From Nitrospirota bacterium (GTDB taxonomy: Bacteria; Nitrospirota; Nitrospiria; Nitrospirales; Nitrospiraceae), in assembly GCA_963703955.1 (NCBI GenBank), contig CAVPGK010000014.1, positions 47,048 to 111,047 on the forward strand: a DNA stretch of 64,000 nucleotides, in the 5' to 3' direction. A model generated the notes under the pieces. That model searched no databases and was not told where the DNA came from. It saw only the letters and a program-made list of their open reading frames with translations. The translations under genes and the position numbers were made by a program. This document shows positions 1 to 8,508 of this stretch, piece by piece. Each line of letters begins with the position of its first letter. Within the stretch, counting starts at the first letter, position 1.

Positions 1-387
1 ATCCGTGTGAGCGAGCTGTTTGACCTCCTCGTAGGTGATCTCGATGCTCAAGCCATTCAACTTTTCAATAATGAGGGGGTTCCGCACATGGCGTGCGTCG
101 CGAAGTCGGTTGAGATGATTCAACAGGGTCGTGTCCTTCCAATCGAGAAAATAGCCGAGGATATGCAGCTCGCTTGACCCGAGGCGTGAACTGATTTCAA
201 TCCCTGGGATCACCTCGATGCCGAACCGGCTGCCGGCTTCGATAGCCCCAGGAATCCCGTCCACGGTGTCATGGTCGGTGATCGCGAGCGCGCTGACGTT
301 GACTTTCCGGGCCAGTGCCAAGACCTCAGCCGGCGGGAGGCTGCCGTCGGAAAAGGTGGTGTGCAAGTGGAGATCAAGTCGGTCCAT
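1..387 (-). CDS. PHP domain metal-dependent phosphoesterase (TrpH/YciV-like); 3' end lies outside the window
   Basis: Manual translation from ATG at 387: MDRLDLHLHTTFSDG...LAITDHDTVDG...IPGIEISS...ELHILGY, the PHP motifs HxH-SDG, TDHD and GxE; not in the ORF track because it runs off the edge. Confidence 0.9.
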   Translation of the reverse strand, partial: MDRLDLHLHTTFSDGSLPPAEVLALARKVNVSALAITDHDTVDGIPGAIEAGSRFGIEVIPGIEISSRLGSSELHILGYFLDWKDTTLLNHLNRLRDARHVRNPLIIEKLNGLSIEITYEEVKQLAHTD

Positions 388-432
388 GACCACGCTCGTG
401 TCGTCGATGCGTTTGATGCCGCTGTTGCCCGT

Positions 433-1356
433 TCATCGTTCTTTCTGGGCGAGGAGTCTCGCCGTGAAAGCGGGCCGAGGGTCGCGTCCTGTTCCATGCT
501 CACCCTCCTCATAATGCAGCACGCGAAGCCCCGCTGCGAGTCGCAAGAGTTCGTTGTGCGTCAGACAGAACTCGCGACGGCTGGGATGGTGGTAGCGGAG
601 ATGATTCTCGATCAAGAAGGTTTCATACATCAGAACGCCCCCGGGCTTGAGGGCTTGAAAAAGGGCCGGGAGGATTGGACGGTAGAGATAAAAGAACACC
701 ATGATGGCGTCGTATTGCTCTTTCTGCAGATCTGGCGATCGATCCGGATCTTGCTCCAGGTCCATCATTCGTATGGTCACCCGCTCCAGATTCCTTTGCC
801 GGGCCTGTCTGGCGAGTTCTCCCAATGCCTGCTCGTCGCGATCGATGGCTTCGACGGAATATCCCTGTGTCGCAAGAAACAGAGAGTTCCGGCCGTGGCC
901 TGCGGCTAGGTCGAGCACGTCGCCCTTGGGAAGCTTTTGCCAGTGATCCAGAAGAAAGCGAGCGGGTTTCGGTTCCGGGAGTTGGTCTGCTCGTGTGCGG
1001 TGAAGTCGGACACCGGCTGATCCCTGCACTCCTTTCACGGGGGGCTTGAGCTTTCTCACCCAGAGACGCACTCCCGAAATCGGAAATTCCGAAAAGAGCC
1101 TCCCGCTGATCCGCTCCGCCAACGTTTCCAAGAGGCGAAACTCCTGCTCTCGGCCAGCTTGGATGACCCGCTCGGCGACGCGGGAGTAATCCACAGCCTG
1201 GGCAATATCATCGGCCTCGACAACGGTCTGAAGGGCATAATCAGGGTAGTCGAGCTCTAGATCGACTCCAATGGGTTGGGCGATCCGACGCTCTTCGACT
1301 GTCACGCCGATATGGGCTTGAAATTCGAGGTGTTCGAGAACCAGTCTGTCAACCAT
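433..1356 (-). CDS. folB: Dihydroneopterin aldolase (FolB) fused to a TehB-like class I SAM methyltransferase
   Basis: N-terminal IGVTVEER, VDYS, LLETLA, VRKLKPP (FolB); C-terminal VLDLAAGHGRNSLFLA and ALKPGGVL (SAM methyltransferase). Confidence 0.85.
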   Translation of the reverse strand: MVDRLVLEHLEFQAHIGVTVEERRIAQPIGVDLELDYPDYALQTVVEADDIAQAVDYSRVAERVIQAGREQEFRLLETLAERISGRLFSEFPISGVRLWVRKLKPPVKGVQGSAGVRLHRTRADQLPEPKPARFLLDHWQKLPKGDVLDLAAGHGRNSLFLATQGYSVEAIDRDEQALGELARQARQRNLERVTIRMMDLEQDPDRSPDLQKEQYDAIMVFFYLYRPILPALFQALKPGGVLMYETFLIENHLRYHHPSRREFCLTHNELLRLAAGLRVLHYEEGEHGTGRDPRPAFTARLLAQKER

Positions 1357-1538
1357 GGTGTTCAGTTCCAGGGCTATGAGCCATTCTCATCGATAGGATT
1401 CCACAGAGTCAAGCTAAAGGGACTCACTCGGGTTGTTTGTAACTATTTGATGTCCCAATGCTTTTAAGCTCTGGCACCTCGTCACCATTTTAGAGTACAA
1501 TGCACCTCGAAAGCCGTTCTATTTCAAGGAGTAACCCC

Positions 1539-1880
1539 ATGTTGGCCAAAAACATGCGCGATGGTGCCCAGGAGCAGACAGAGATTGAACTTCGGCAGCG
1601 TGCATTGAAATCTTTACTGGCTATGCGACAGAAACAGCTTCGCGAGTCCCTCGATCACCGAATCAAGCGAGCTTGGAAAGAAGGGGAAGGGCAAAACCTG
1701 ACGCGTGCGGAATGGGCAAGTTTACATAAGCAGGAGATTGCTCATGCCCGTGTGCAACTGGCGGATTTGCAACTGCAGAGTGTACGCACGAAAGGGCAGT
1801 TGAGCAAGTTAAAACGCGCAATGAACCGGGCAAGACGACTTCGGGCTTCTCAGTCTTCTACTTCCAGAAAACGGAAATAA
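1539..1880 (+). CDS. Hypothetical basic coiled-coil protein
   Basis: AAGGAG RBS before ATG 1539; helical R/K/Q/L-rich ORF. Confidence 0.55.
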   Translation: MLAKNMRDGAQEQTEIELRQRALKSLLAMRQKQLRESLDHRIKRAWKEGEGQNLTRAEWASLHKQEIAHARVQLADLQLQSVRTKGQLSKLKRAMNRARRLRASQSSTSRKRK

Positions 1881-1960
1881 GGTTCCCCGCCATCTCGTTT
1901 GATTTACTAAGCGCCGAAGCCGGTGGTCGGATCAACTAAAGGCATTCATTTCTCAAGGAA

Positions 1961-2452
1961 ATGGCCGAACTTACCCATTTCAATGATTCCGGCAGGGCCC
2001 GCATGGTCGATGTATCGGGGAAGAACTCGACCGAGCGAGTCGCCACGGCGCAAGGCCGGGTCTGGCTGAAACCGGAAACGTTGGAGAAGATCCAACGGGG
2101 GAAGATTGCCAAGGGCGACGTGCTCGCGGTTGCACAGGTGGCCGGGGTCATGGGCGCTAAACGCACCCCCGACCTCATCCCCATGTGCCATCCCGTCTTG
2201 ATCACCAGCGTCGACATCGGATTCAAAGAGGAACCTCAACCAGACCGGCAAGGACTCTGCTCGATTACGATCAGCGCGACAGCGAAAACCATGGGGCAAA
2301 CGGGCGTCGAAATGGAGGCGATGACCGCCGTCTCCGTGGCTGCGCTTACCATCTATGATATGTGCAAGGCCGTCGACAAGGGGATCACCTTCAGCGACAT
2401 CTGCCTTGTCTCGAAGTCCGGTGGAAAATCAGGCACCTATGCACGTCCTTAG
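1961..2452 (+). CDS. moaC: Cyclic pyranopterin monophosphate synthase MoaC
   Basis: LTHF..GRARMVDVS, LIPMCHP, TGVEMEA, TIYDMCKAVD, KSGGKSG. Confidence 0.97.
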   Translation: MAELTHFNDSGRARMVDVSGKNSTERVATAQGRVWLKPETLEKIQRGKIAKGDVLAVAQVAGVMGAKRTPDLIPMCHPVLITSVDIGFKEEPQPDRQGLCSITISATAKTMGQTGVEMEAMTAVSVAALTIYDMCKAVDKGITFSDICLVSKSGGKSGTYARP

Positions 2453-2466
2453 GGCGATATGACCAC

Positions 2467-3171
2467 ATGATGGTCACGATCAAACTGTTCGGTCTCATGA
2501 AAAGCCTCGCCGGCAACCGAACCGACATCTCGGTCGCGCTCAACGGCGCCCGCACTATGAAAAATTTGCTCTCCACGCTCGAACCGGCGTATCCTCAAAT
2601 TGCCGAACTGATTGACAAGAAGAAGGTTCTGGTATCGGTGAACCACGAGATTGCACGGGACGACACTGAGATTCGAGAAGGCGACGAAGTCGCATTGCTT
2701 CCGCCATTTGCTGGGGGGACGGACCAGGGGGCGACCCTCTTCGACGAGGCCATGCTGGTTCGCGTGCAGCGTGAAAATTTTTCGATTGATGCCGAGATCG
2801 ACCGAGTGCGACGACGTTCCAACCGGATCGGAGGGATTGCGACTTTCCTGGGCACCGCGCGAGATCGTTCGAAGGGCCGTGACGTCAGTGGAATTACGTT
2901 CGAGCATTACGAAGGAATGGCGCAAAAGAAACTGAGGGAGATCCGGGAACGCGCTCTGAAAGATTTTGATGTCATTGAGGTGCTGATCCTGCACCGTTAT
3001 GGCGCGATTGAGATCAGCGAGAACATTGTGCTGATTGTTGTCGGAGCGGAGCACAGAGCGGACGCGTTCAGGGCCTGCCAGTGGTGCATCGATGAGCTGA
3101 AGCAGATCACTCCAATCTGGAAATTGGAACAGACGCCGGAAGGGCAGGTGTGGGTCGAGGAGCATCCATGA
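2467..3171 (+). CDS. moaD/moaE: Fused molybdopterin synthase MoaD-MoaE (MoaX-like)
   Basis: Ubiquitin-like N-domain ending GDEVALLPPFAGG, then MoaE motifs GGIATFLG, EHYEGMA, HRYG, HRADAF, LKQITPIWKLE. Confidence 0.92.
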   Translation: MMVTIKLFGLMKSLAGNRTDISVALNGARTMKNLLSTLEPAYPQIAELIDKKKVLVSVNHEIARDDTEIREGDEVALLPPFAGGTDQGATLFDEAMLVRVQRENFSIDAEIDRVRRRSNRIGGIATFLGTARDRSKGRDVSGITFEHYEGMAQKKLREIRERALKDFDVIEVLILHRYGAIEISENIVLIVVGAEHRADAFRACQWCIDELKQITPIWKLEQTPEGQVWVEEHP

Positions 3172-4232
3172 ATCCTGTTTCCGTGGAGAGTCCAGCCCCA
3201 CTGACGGTCGATGCCTTCGGCCGTCCACTGCGCAGCCTACGAATTTCCGTTACGGATCGATGTAACCTGCGATGCAGGTACTGCATGCCGGAAGAGGAGT
3301 ACGCGTGGCTTCCCCGGGAGACCCTGTTCTCCTTTGAAGAGATCAACACCATCACGGCTTTGTTCACGGAAATCGGCGTCGACAAAGTCCGCTTGACGGG
3401 AGGAGAACCGCTCCTGCGTAGAGACCTCACGGTCCTGATACGAATGCTCGCCAAGAATCGCCGTCTCAAAGATATCGCTTTGACGACGAACGGCATCCTC
3501 TTGGGTGAGCAGGCGCAGTCGCTCTATGACGCAGGATTACATCGCGTAACCGTCAGCCTCGATACGCTGAGGGCCGAACGCTTTCGCTTGCTCACCCGGC
3601 GCGACAGTTTTGACAGAGTTCTGGAGGGTATCGGCACGGTCGTGAAAGTCGGGTTTCCAGCCCTCAAGCTCGACAGCGTGGCGATTCGTGGATTCAACGA
3701 TGACGAACTGGTGGATCTGATAGAGTACGGCAAACGGGTGACCGCTGAAGTCCGATTCATCGAGTATATGGATGTCGGCGGGGCAACCGACTGGTCGATG
3801 GATAAAGTCCTCTCTCGAGTGGCCATCCTTGACATCCTGGCCCGGCGGTACGGAAGGATTGAGCCGATCTGCGAAGACAGCTCCGCGCCGGCACAGCGAT
3901 TCCGTTTGTCGGATGGCGCAACCTTCGGGATCATTCCTTCAACGACGATGCCGTTTTGCTCGTCCTGCGATCGGAGCCGGATCACGGCCGATGGTTTCTG
4001 GTATCTCTGTCTCTATGCCAAAGACGGCATTGACCTTCGGGGGCCCCTGCGGGGCGGCGCTTCGAGGGATGAGATCAAAGCCCTCATTCTTTCCGCGTGG
4101 CAAGGGCGCAGGGATCGAGGGGCGGAGGAGCGAAAAGCTCTCGAACGACTCGGTCTACGAGAGGATCGATTGATCGAGATCGATCAACTTCGTGAGGATC
4201 CTCACCTCGAGATGCACGCCAGAGGTGGATGA
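3168..4232 (+). CDS. moaA: GTP 3',8-cyclase MoaA (radical SAM)
   Basis: LRISVTDRCNLRCRYCMP, RLTGGEPLLR, FCSSCDR..ADG..YLCL, C-terminal GG; ATGA overlap with the moaE stop. Confidence 0.96.
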   Translation: MNPVSVESPAPLTVDAFGRPLRSLRISVTDRCNLRCRYCMPEEEYAWLPRETLFSFEEINTITALFTEIGVDKVRLTGGEPLLRRDLTVLIRMLAKNRRLKDIALTTNGILLGEQAQSLYDAGLHRVTVSLDTLRAERFRLLTRRDSFDRVLEGIGTVVKVGFPALKLDSVAIRGFNDDELVDLIEYGKRVTAEVRFIEYMDVGGATDWSMDKVLSRVAILDILARRYGRIEPICEDSSAPAQRFRLSDGATFGIIPSTTMPFCSSCDRSRITADGFWYLCLYAKDGIDLRGPLRGGASRDEIKALILSAWQGRRDRGAEERKALERLGLREDRLIEIDQLREDPHLEMHARGG

Positions 4233-4327
4233 ATGCGCGCGACGTAGGATTCACCTGTCTTCGTCTCGCCTCAGAGCCGACTGCCTCTACTCGTTCTATC
4301 CCCGCGAATATTTTCAGGAACGGTCTC

Positions 4328-5035
4328 ATGCCTGATATTCAGTTTTTCACCGTGTTGGGCCTCGGTTTTCTCCTTGGGGCTCGTCATGCGTTGGACGCTG
4401 ATCATGTAGCCGCGGTGTCCACGATGCTGTCGCAACGTCCTAGCCTCCGTGCGTCCGGTCTCATCGGGTTCTCGTGGGGTTTTGGGCATACGGTGGTGCT
4501 CTTGCTGGTGGGCCTGGCGGTCATCCTGCTGAAGATCAGCATTCCTGCGCGACTGGCAATGGCGTGCGAATTTGTTGTGGGGATGATGCTAGTCGGCCTG
4601 GGCAGTTCGCTGGCGTGGACCCTTTATCGAGAGCGATGGCATGTGCACGCGCACCGGCATGACGGGGCGACTCATTTGCACTTACATAGCCATGGGGTTC
4701 ACACCGACCACGGTCATGAGCATTGGCTCAGGGTTTCTCTTCGACCGTTTCTCGTCGGCATGGTCCATGGGCTGGCGGGATCTGCAGCCCTCATGTTCAT
4801 GGTCTTGTCCACGGTTCGCACCTTGTGGGAAGGAATCGCCTACATCCTCGTCTTCGGAATCGGTTCTATCGTCGGGATGATGCTCCTGGGTGTGCTCATC
4901 AGCCTCCCTCTTGTCTTGTCGGCTTCGCTCGGCCGGCGTGCACAGCTGGCGGTGCAGGGGCTGGCGAGTCTGGGAAGCGTAGGCCTTGGCTTCGTCATGA
5001 TCATCCGGATCGCCTTGGGAGAGGGTGGGTTGTAG
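4328..5035 (+). CDS. NiCoT/UreH-like high-affinity Ni/Co permease
   Basis: GARHALDADH, GFGHT, His-rich loop HVHAHRHDG..HLHLHSH, GMVHGLAGSAA; multiple TM helices. Confidence 0.85.
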   Translation: MPDIQFFTVLGLGFLLGARHALDADHVAAVSTMLSQRPSLRASGLIGFSWGFGHTVVLLLVGLAVILLKISIPARLAMACEFVVGMMLVGLGSSLAWTLYRERWHVHAHRHDGATHLHLHSHGVHTDHGHEHWLRVSLRPFLVGMVHGLAGSAALMFMVLSTVRTLWEGIAYILVFGIGSIVGMMLLGVLISLPLVLSASLGRRAQLAVQGLASLGSVGLGFVMIIRIALGEGGL

Positions 5036-5212
5036 CAGAGTGCATGATGAACGCCTCGTGCGCCAGCCGACCCTCTCGACCAAGCTCCTCCTGTTCAGTG
5101 AATCGGCTGTCTCGCCATCGCGGTGGCGTCAGAAGATGTGACGCGAGTTATTTTCTCGCGTCGCAGGGCTGGCGACGGCATTCATGACCGATCCGGGCTG
5201 TCTCCCCCCGTG

Positions 5213-5241
5213 TTGACAGGCTCTTATCCGCTAGGTAAAGT
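5213..5241 (+). promoter_or_regulatory. Sigma70-type promoter for the PDE-accD-folC-lptD block
   Basis: TTGACA (5213-5218), 17 nt spacer, TAAAGT (5236-5241). Confidence 0.6.
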
Positions 5242-5450
5242 TGCAGCGCCCTTGTCGGATTGTTGTCTCTAGAACTCGACGCACTTCTTCCAGCATCGTG
5301 TCGGAACGCAGAGTGAGCCGTATCTTTGCTCCGGTTGCAAGGTGGCTTCCGGGGAGTTGATTGAGAACGCGGTGGCTTCTGCGCCATGGGGTGGTCTAGC
5401 TCGGGTAGGGCGACGGTGTCGGTGACACCGACCTGTGAGGCAGATCCGCG

Positions 5451-6239
5451 GTGAAAATCCGTGTGCTGGGGTGCCATGGCTCAGACCAAGTCCTTGATGG
5501 AGACCCCGCACCAGTCCAATGCCGCACGTGTGGATTCCTCATCAATGACACTGTCATGGTGGATGCGGGGACAATCGGCGCTGCGCTGACCCTCCAGGAA
5601 GAGAAGCGCATCCGGCATGTTCTGCTTAGCCATCTCCACTTCGATCATATCCAGGGGTTGCCGACGCTCGCAGATAACCTGGTTGAGGATGCTGGTGACC
5701 CGGTAGTGATTACCAGCATTCCCGACGTGTTGAACGGTCTCGTGGCGCACATTTTCAACGACATGGTCTATCCGAATTTCTTGAAGTTGCCGACCCCGCA
5801 GCAGCCCGTGTTTACGCGTCGCGCCTTGGAAGCCGGGAAATCGAGCGAAGTGGTAGGTCTTCAGGTCATGCCCGTTCACGTGAACCACTTGGTCCCCGCG
5901 GTGGGCTTTGTGATTCGTGAAGGCTCCTCGTCCATTCTCTATAGTGGGGACACCTATGAGACCGACGAGATCTGGGCCGTGGCGCGGCGAGAGCCGACGC
6001 TGAAAGCCGCCTTTATTGAAACATCGTTTCCGGATCAGATGGCGGACATGGCTATGGCGAGTCGGCACCTGACGCCATCCCTGTTCGCGCGGGAGTTTCG
6101 GAAAATCGGGCGCCCTGGTCTCCCGGTCTATGTGTATCATCTGAAACCAAGATGGCGCGCGGTCATTGGGGAACAACTCAAAGGCCTGCACGTTGAGAAT
6201 TTGACGATACTGAAGGAAGGACAGGTCATCGAAATCTAG
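5451..6239 (+). CDS. Class II 3',5'-cyclic-nucleotide phosphodiesterase (metallo-beta-lactamase fold)
   Basis: KIRVLGCHGS, DAGT, SHLHFDHI (HxHxDH), VNHLVP, YSGDT, HLTP, YHLKP. Confidence 0.85.
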   Translation: MKIRVLGCHGSDQVLDGDPAPVQCRTCGFLINDTVMVDAGTIGAALTLQEEKRIRHVLLSHLHFDHIQGLPTLADNLVEDAGDPVVITSIPDVLNGLVAHIFNDMVYPNFLKLPTPQQPVFTRRALEAGKSSEVVGLQVMPVHVNHLVPAVGFVIREGSSSILYSGDTYETDEIWAVARREPTLKAAFIETSFPDQMADMAMASRHLTPSLFAREFRKIGRPGLPVYVYHLKPRWRAVIGEQLKGLHVENLTILKEGQVIEI

Positions 6240-6273
6240 GAAGGCTCAGGTTTAGTATACCTCTTGTCTCTCT

Positions 6274-7110
6274 ATGGCTTGGTTCAAGAAACAAAAGACA
6301 GCAACCCCCGAAACTCCGCGGCGATCCAAGTCGGTCGAAGGGATGTGGCTTAAGTGCAACCACTGCCGGGAAATCGTTTATCGCAAGGAAGTCGATCGCA
6401 ACAATAAAGTCTGCCCGAAATGCGATTATCATTTTCCAATCTCAGTGTCGGAACGCATTGCCCTGCTCGCAGACCTCGGTACGTTTCGAGAGTTGGATGC
6501 GGACATCGAGCCTCAAGACCCCTTGAAGTTTACCGACACGCAATCCTATCAGGACCGGCTCAGGGCGCAGCAGGAGAAAACGGGTCGGAAAGATGCGTTG
6601 GTCGTCGGCGAAGCGGCCATCAATGGGCGGCGCGTAGCGCTGGCGGTCTTTGACTTCGGGTTCATGGGCGGCAGCATGGGCTCGGTCGTGGGGGAAAAAT
6701 TCTGCCGCGCGGCAGAGCGGGCCCAAACATCCCGCTATCCTCTCGTGCTGATTACGACCTCAGGCGGCGCGCGCATGCAGGAAGGGATTCTTTCCTTGAT
6801 GCAGATGGCCAGGACAGCGGCAGCTGTCGCGAAGCTCGCTGAGGCACGGGTGCCGTTCATTTGCATTTTGGCCGATCCGACCTTTGGAGGGGTGACGGCG
6901 AGCGTAGCGATGCTGGGCGATGTCATCATTGCAGAACCGAAGGCGCTGATCGGGTTCGCCGGACCTCGCGTGATCGAGCAGACCATCAAGCAGCAATTGC
7001 CGGAGGAATTTCAACGAGCGGAATTTCTCCTGGAACACGGCATGATCGATATGATCGTGGAACGCAAGCAATTGAAAGAAGCCCTCAGCACTCTGCTGAG
7101 TCATTTGTAA
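6274..7110 (+). CDS. accD: Acetyl-CoA carboxylase carboxyltransferase beta subunit
   Basis: WLKCNHC..VCPKC zinc finger, [33 protein letters not shown]. Confidence 0.98.
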   Translation: MAWFKKQKTATPETPRRSKSVEGMWLKCNHCREIVYRKEVDRNNKVCPKCDYHFPISVSERIALLADLGTFRELDADIEPQDPLKFTDTQSYQDRLRAQQEKTGRKDALVVGEAAINGRRVALAVFDFGFMGGSMGSVVGEKFCRAAERAQTSRYPLVLITTSGGARMQEGILSLMQMARTAAAVAKLAEARVPFICILADPTFGGVTASVAMLGDVIIAEPKALIGFAGPRVIEQTIKQQLPEEFQRAEFLLEHGMIDMIVERKQLKEALSTLLSHL

Positions 7111-7208
7111 GCGTGACGCGCGAGGGGTAAGAAGCCGGAGGTTAGAGGGTTAAGGCGGCCTCAACTGTTGGCTGAACCCCTTGATCCCGTTCTTCGCTCT
7201 TGGTTCCT

Positions 7209-8507
7209 ATGACATCGTACGCCGAAACCCTTCACTTTTTGTACGGGCTTCAGAAGCACGGCGTGAAGTTGGGCTTGGAAACCGTGGCTTCACTGCTCCG
7301 GCGGTTGGGCGATCCACAGACTCGGTATCCCGTCCTTCACATTGGAGGAACGAATGGGAAAGGTTCGACGGCCGCGATGACGGCCTCGATCCTGCAAGCC
7401 TCGGGTTTGCGCATCGCGCTGTACACCTCTCCGCATCTTGTTGCGTTCAACGAACGTATCCGTGTGAACGGCGAAACGATCGGCAATGAGGAGATTGTCG
7501 ACCTTACCGTGCGCCTCCGGAGGGTCGCGGGAGCCACGCTGGATCCGACATTTTTCGAATTTACGACGGCCATGGCGTTTCAATATTTTGCAGACAGAGC
7601 AGCGGATGTGGCTGTCCTGGAGGTTGGGATGGGAGGGCGGTTTGACGCCACCAACGTGGTGACGCCCCTGGTCTCGGCCATCACGAATGTCGCGTTGGAT
7701 CACCAAGCCTATTTAGGAGAGACCGTCGGCGCGATCGCATTTGAGAAAGCGGGGATTGTCAAGCCTCAGGTGCCGCTTGTGGTCGGACGTCTCAGCCCGG
7801 GCGCGGCGACGGTCATCGAATCTGTGGCTGTGGAGCGTCAGGCGCCCGCCTTCCGGTTGAACAAAGAATTTCGGGTCGAGGGGAATTCGATGGCGGAATT
7901 TGGGTACGCAGGTATGCAATGGTCGTTTGCTCATCTCTCTTGTCCACTCCCCGGCGCCCATCAACTCGACAATGCCGGGTGCTCGCTCGCGACGCTCGAA
8001 CTGGCCTCTGATCATGGATTCCACGTCTCGGAGGACGCGGTTCGAGCCGGGTTGCGCTCGGTCCAGTTGGAAGGCCGTCTGGAAACCGTCGAGCGCCAGC
8101 CGTTGCTGGTCTTGGACGGCGCCCACAATCCGGCAGCCGGAAGGGCCCTCGCCGATCATCTGGCTCGGCATCGCAGGGCGCATCCGGAGTCCCGAATTAT
8201 CCTGGTGGTCAGCATGATGCGAGACAAGGATCGTCTCGGGTTTTTTCAGGCAGTCTTGCCGGTGACGGACGAGGTCGTCCTCACCCGAGCGCAGCTTGAC
8301 AGGGCCGCGACGGTGGAGGAACTTCGCGACACGTTGGGAGACTGGAGCGGCGAGGTGACGGAATCGCCGTCGCCTGCCGAGGCATTGACCTTGGCTCGTA
8401 AACTGGCGTCCCCGGACGATCTCATTTGTGTAACAGGGTCTTTGATGCTGGTGGGTGATATCAAAGCTCTGTTGCGCGGGTGTGTTCTTTCTTCTCTCCG
8501 TGGCTGA
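7209..8507 (+). CDS. folC: Bifunctional folylpolyglutamate synthase/dihydrofolate synthase
   Basis: HIGGTNGKGST, YTSPHL, EVGMGGRFDATN, LDGAHNP, TGSL. Confidence 0.96.
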   Translation: MTSYAETLHFLYGLQKHGVKLGLETVASLLRRLGDPQTRYPVLHIGGTNGKGSTAAMTASILQASGLRIALYTSPHLVAFNERIRVNGETIGNEEIVDLTVRLRRVAGATLDPTFFEFTTAMAFQYFADRAADVAVLEVGMGGRFDATNVVTPLVSAITNVALDHQAYLGETVGAIAFEKAGIVKPQVPLVVGRLSPGAATVIESVAVERQAPAFRLNKEFRVEGNSMAEFGYAGMQWSFAHLSCPLPGAHQLDNAGCSLATLELASDHGFHVSEDAVRAGLRSVQLEGRLETVERQPLLVLDGAHNPAAGRALADHLARHRRAHPESRIILVVSMMRDKDRLGFFQAVLPVTDEVVLTRAQLDRAATVEELRDTLGDWSGEVTESPSPAEALTLARKLASPDDLICVTGSLMLVGDIKALLRGCVLSSLRG

Positions 8508-8508
8508 A

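Noticed and set aside
210..909. ORF-track entries 210-512, 218-514 and 271-909
   Set aside because: Overlap the PHP gene (1-387, minus) and the folB fusion in other frames or strands
5140..5162. Hairpin GACGCGAG/CTCGCGTC as an intrinsic terminator of the moa operon
   Set aside because: 8-bp stem but no following U-tract; insufficient support
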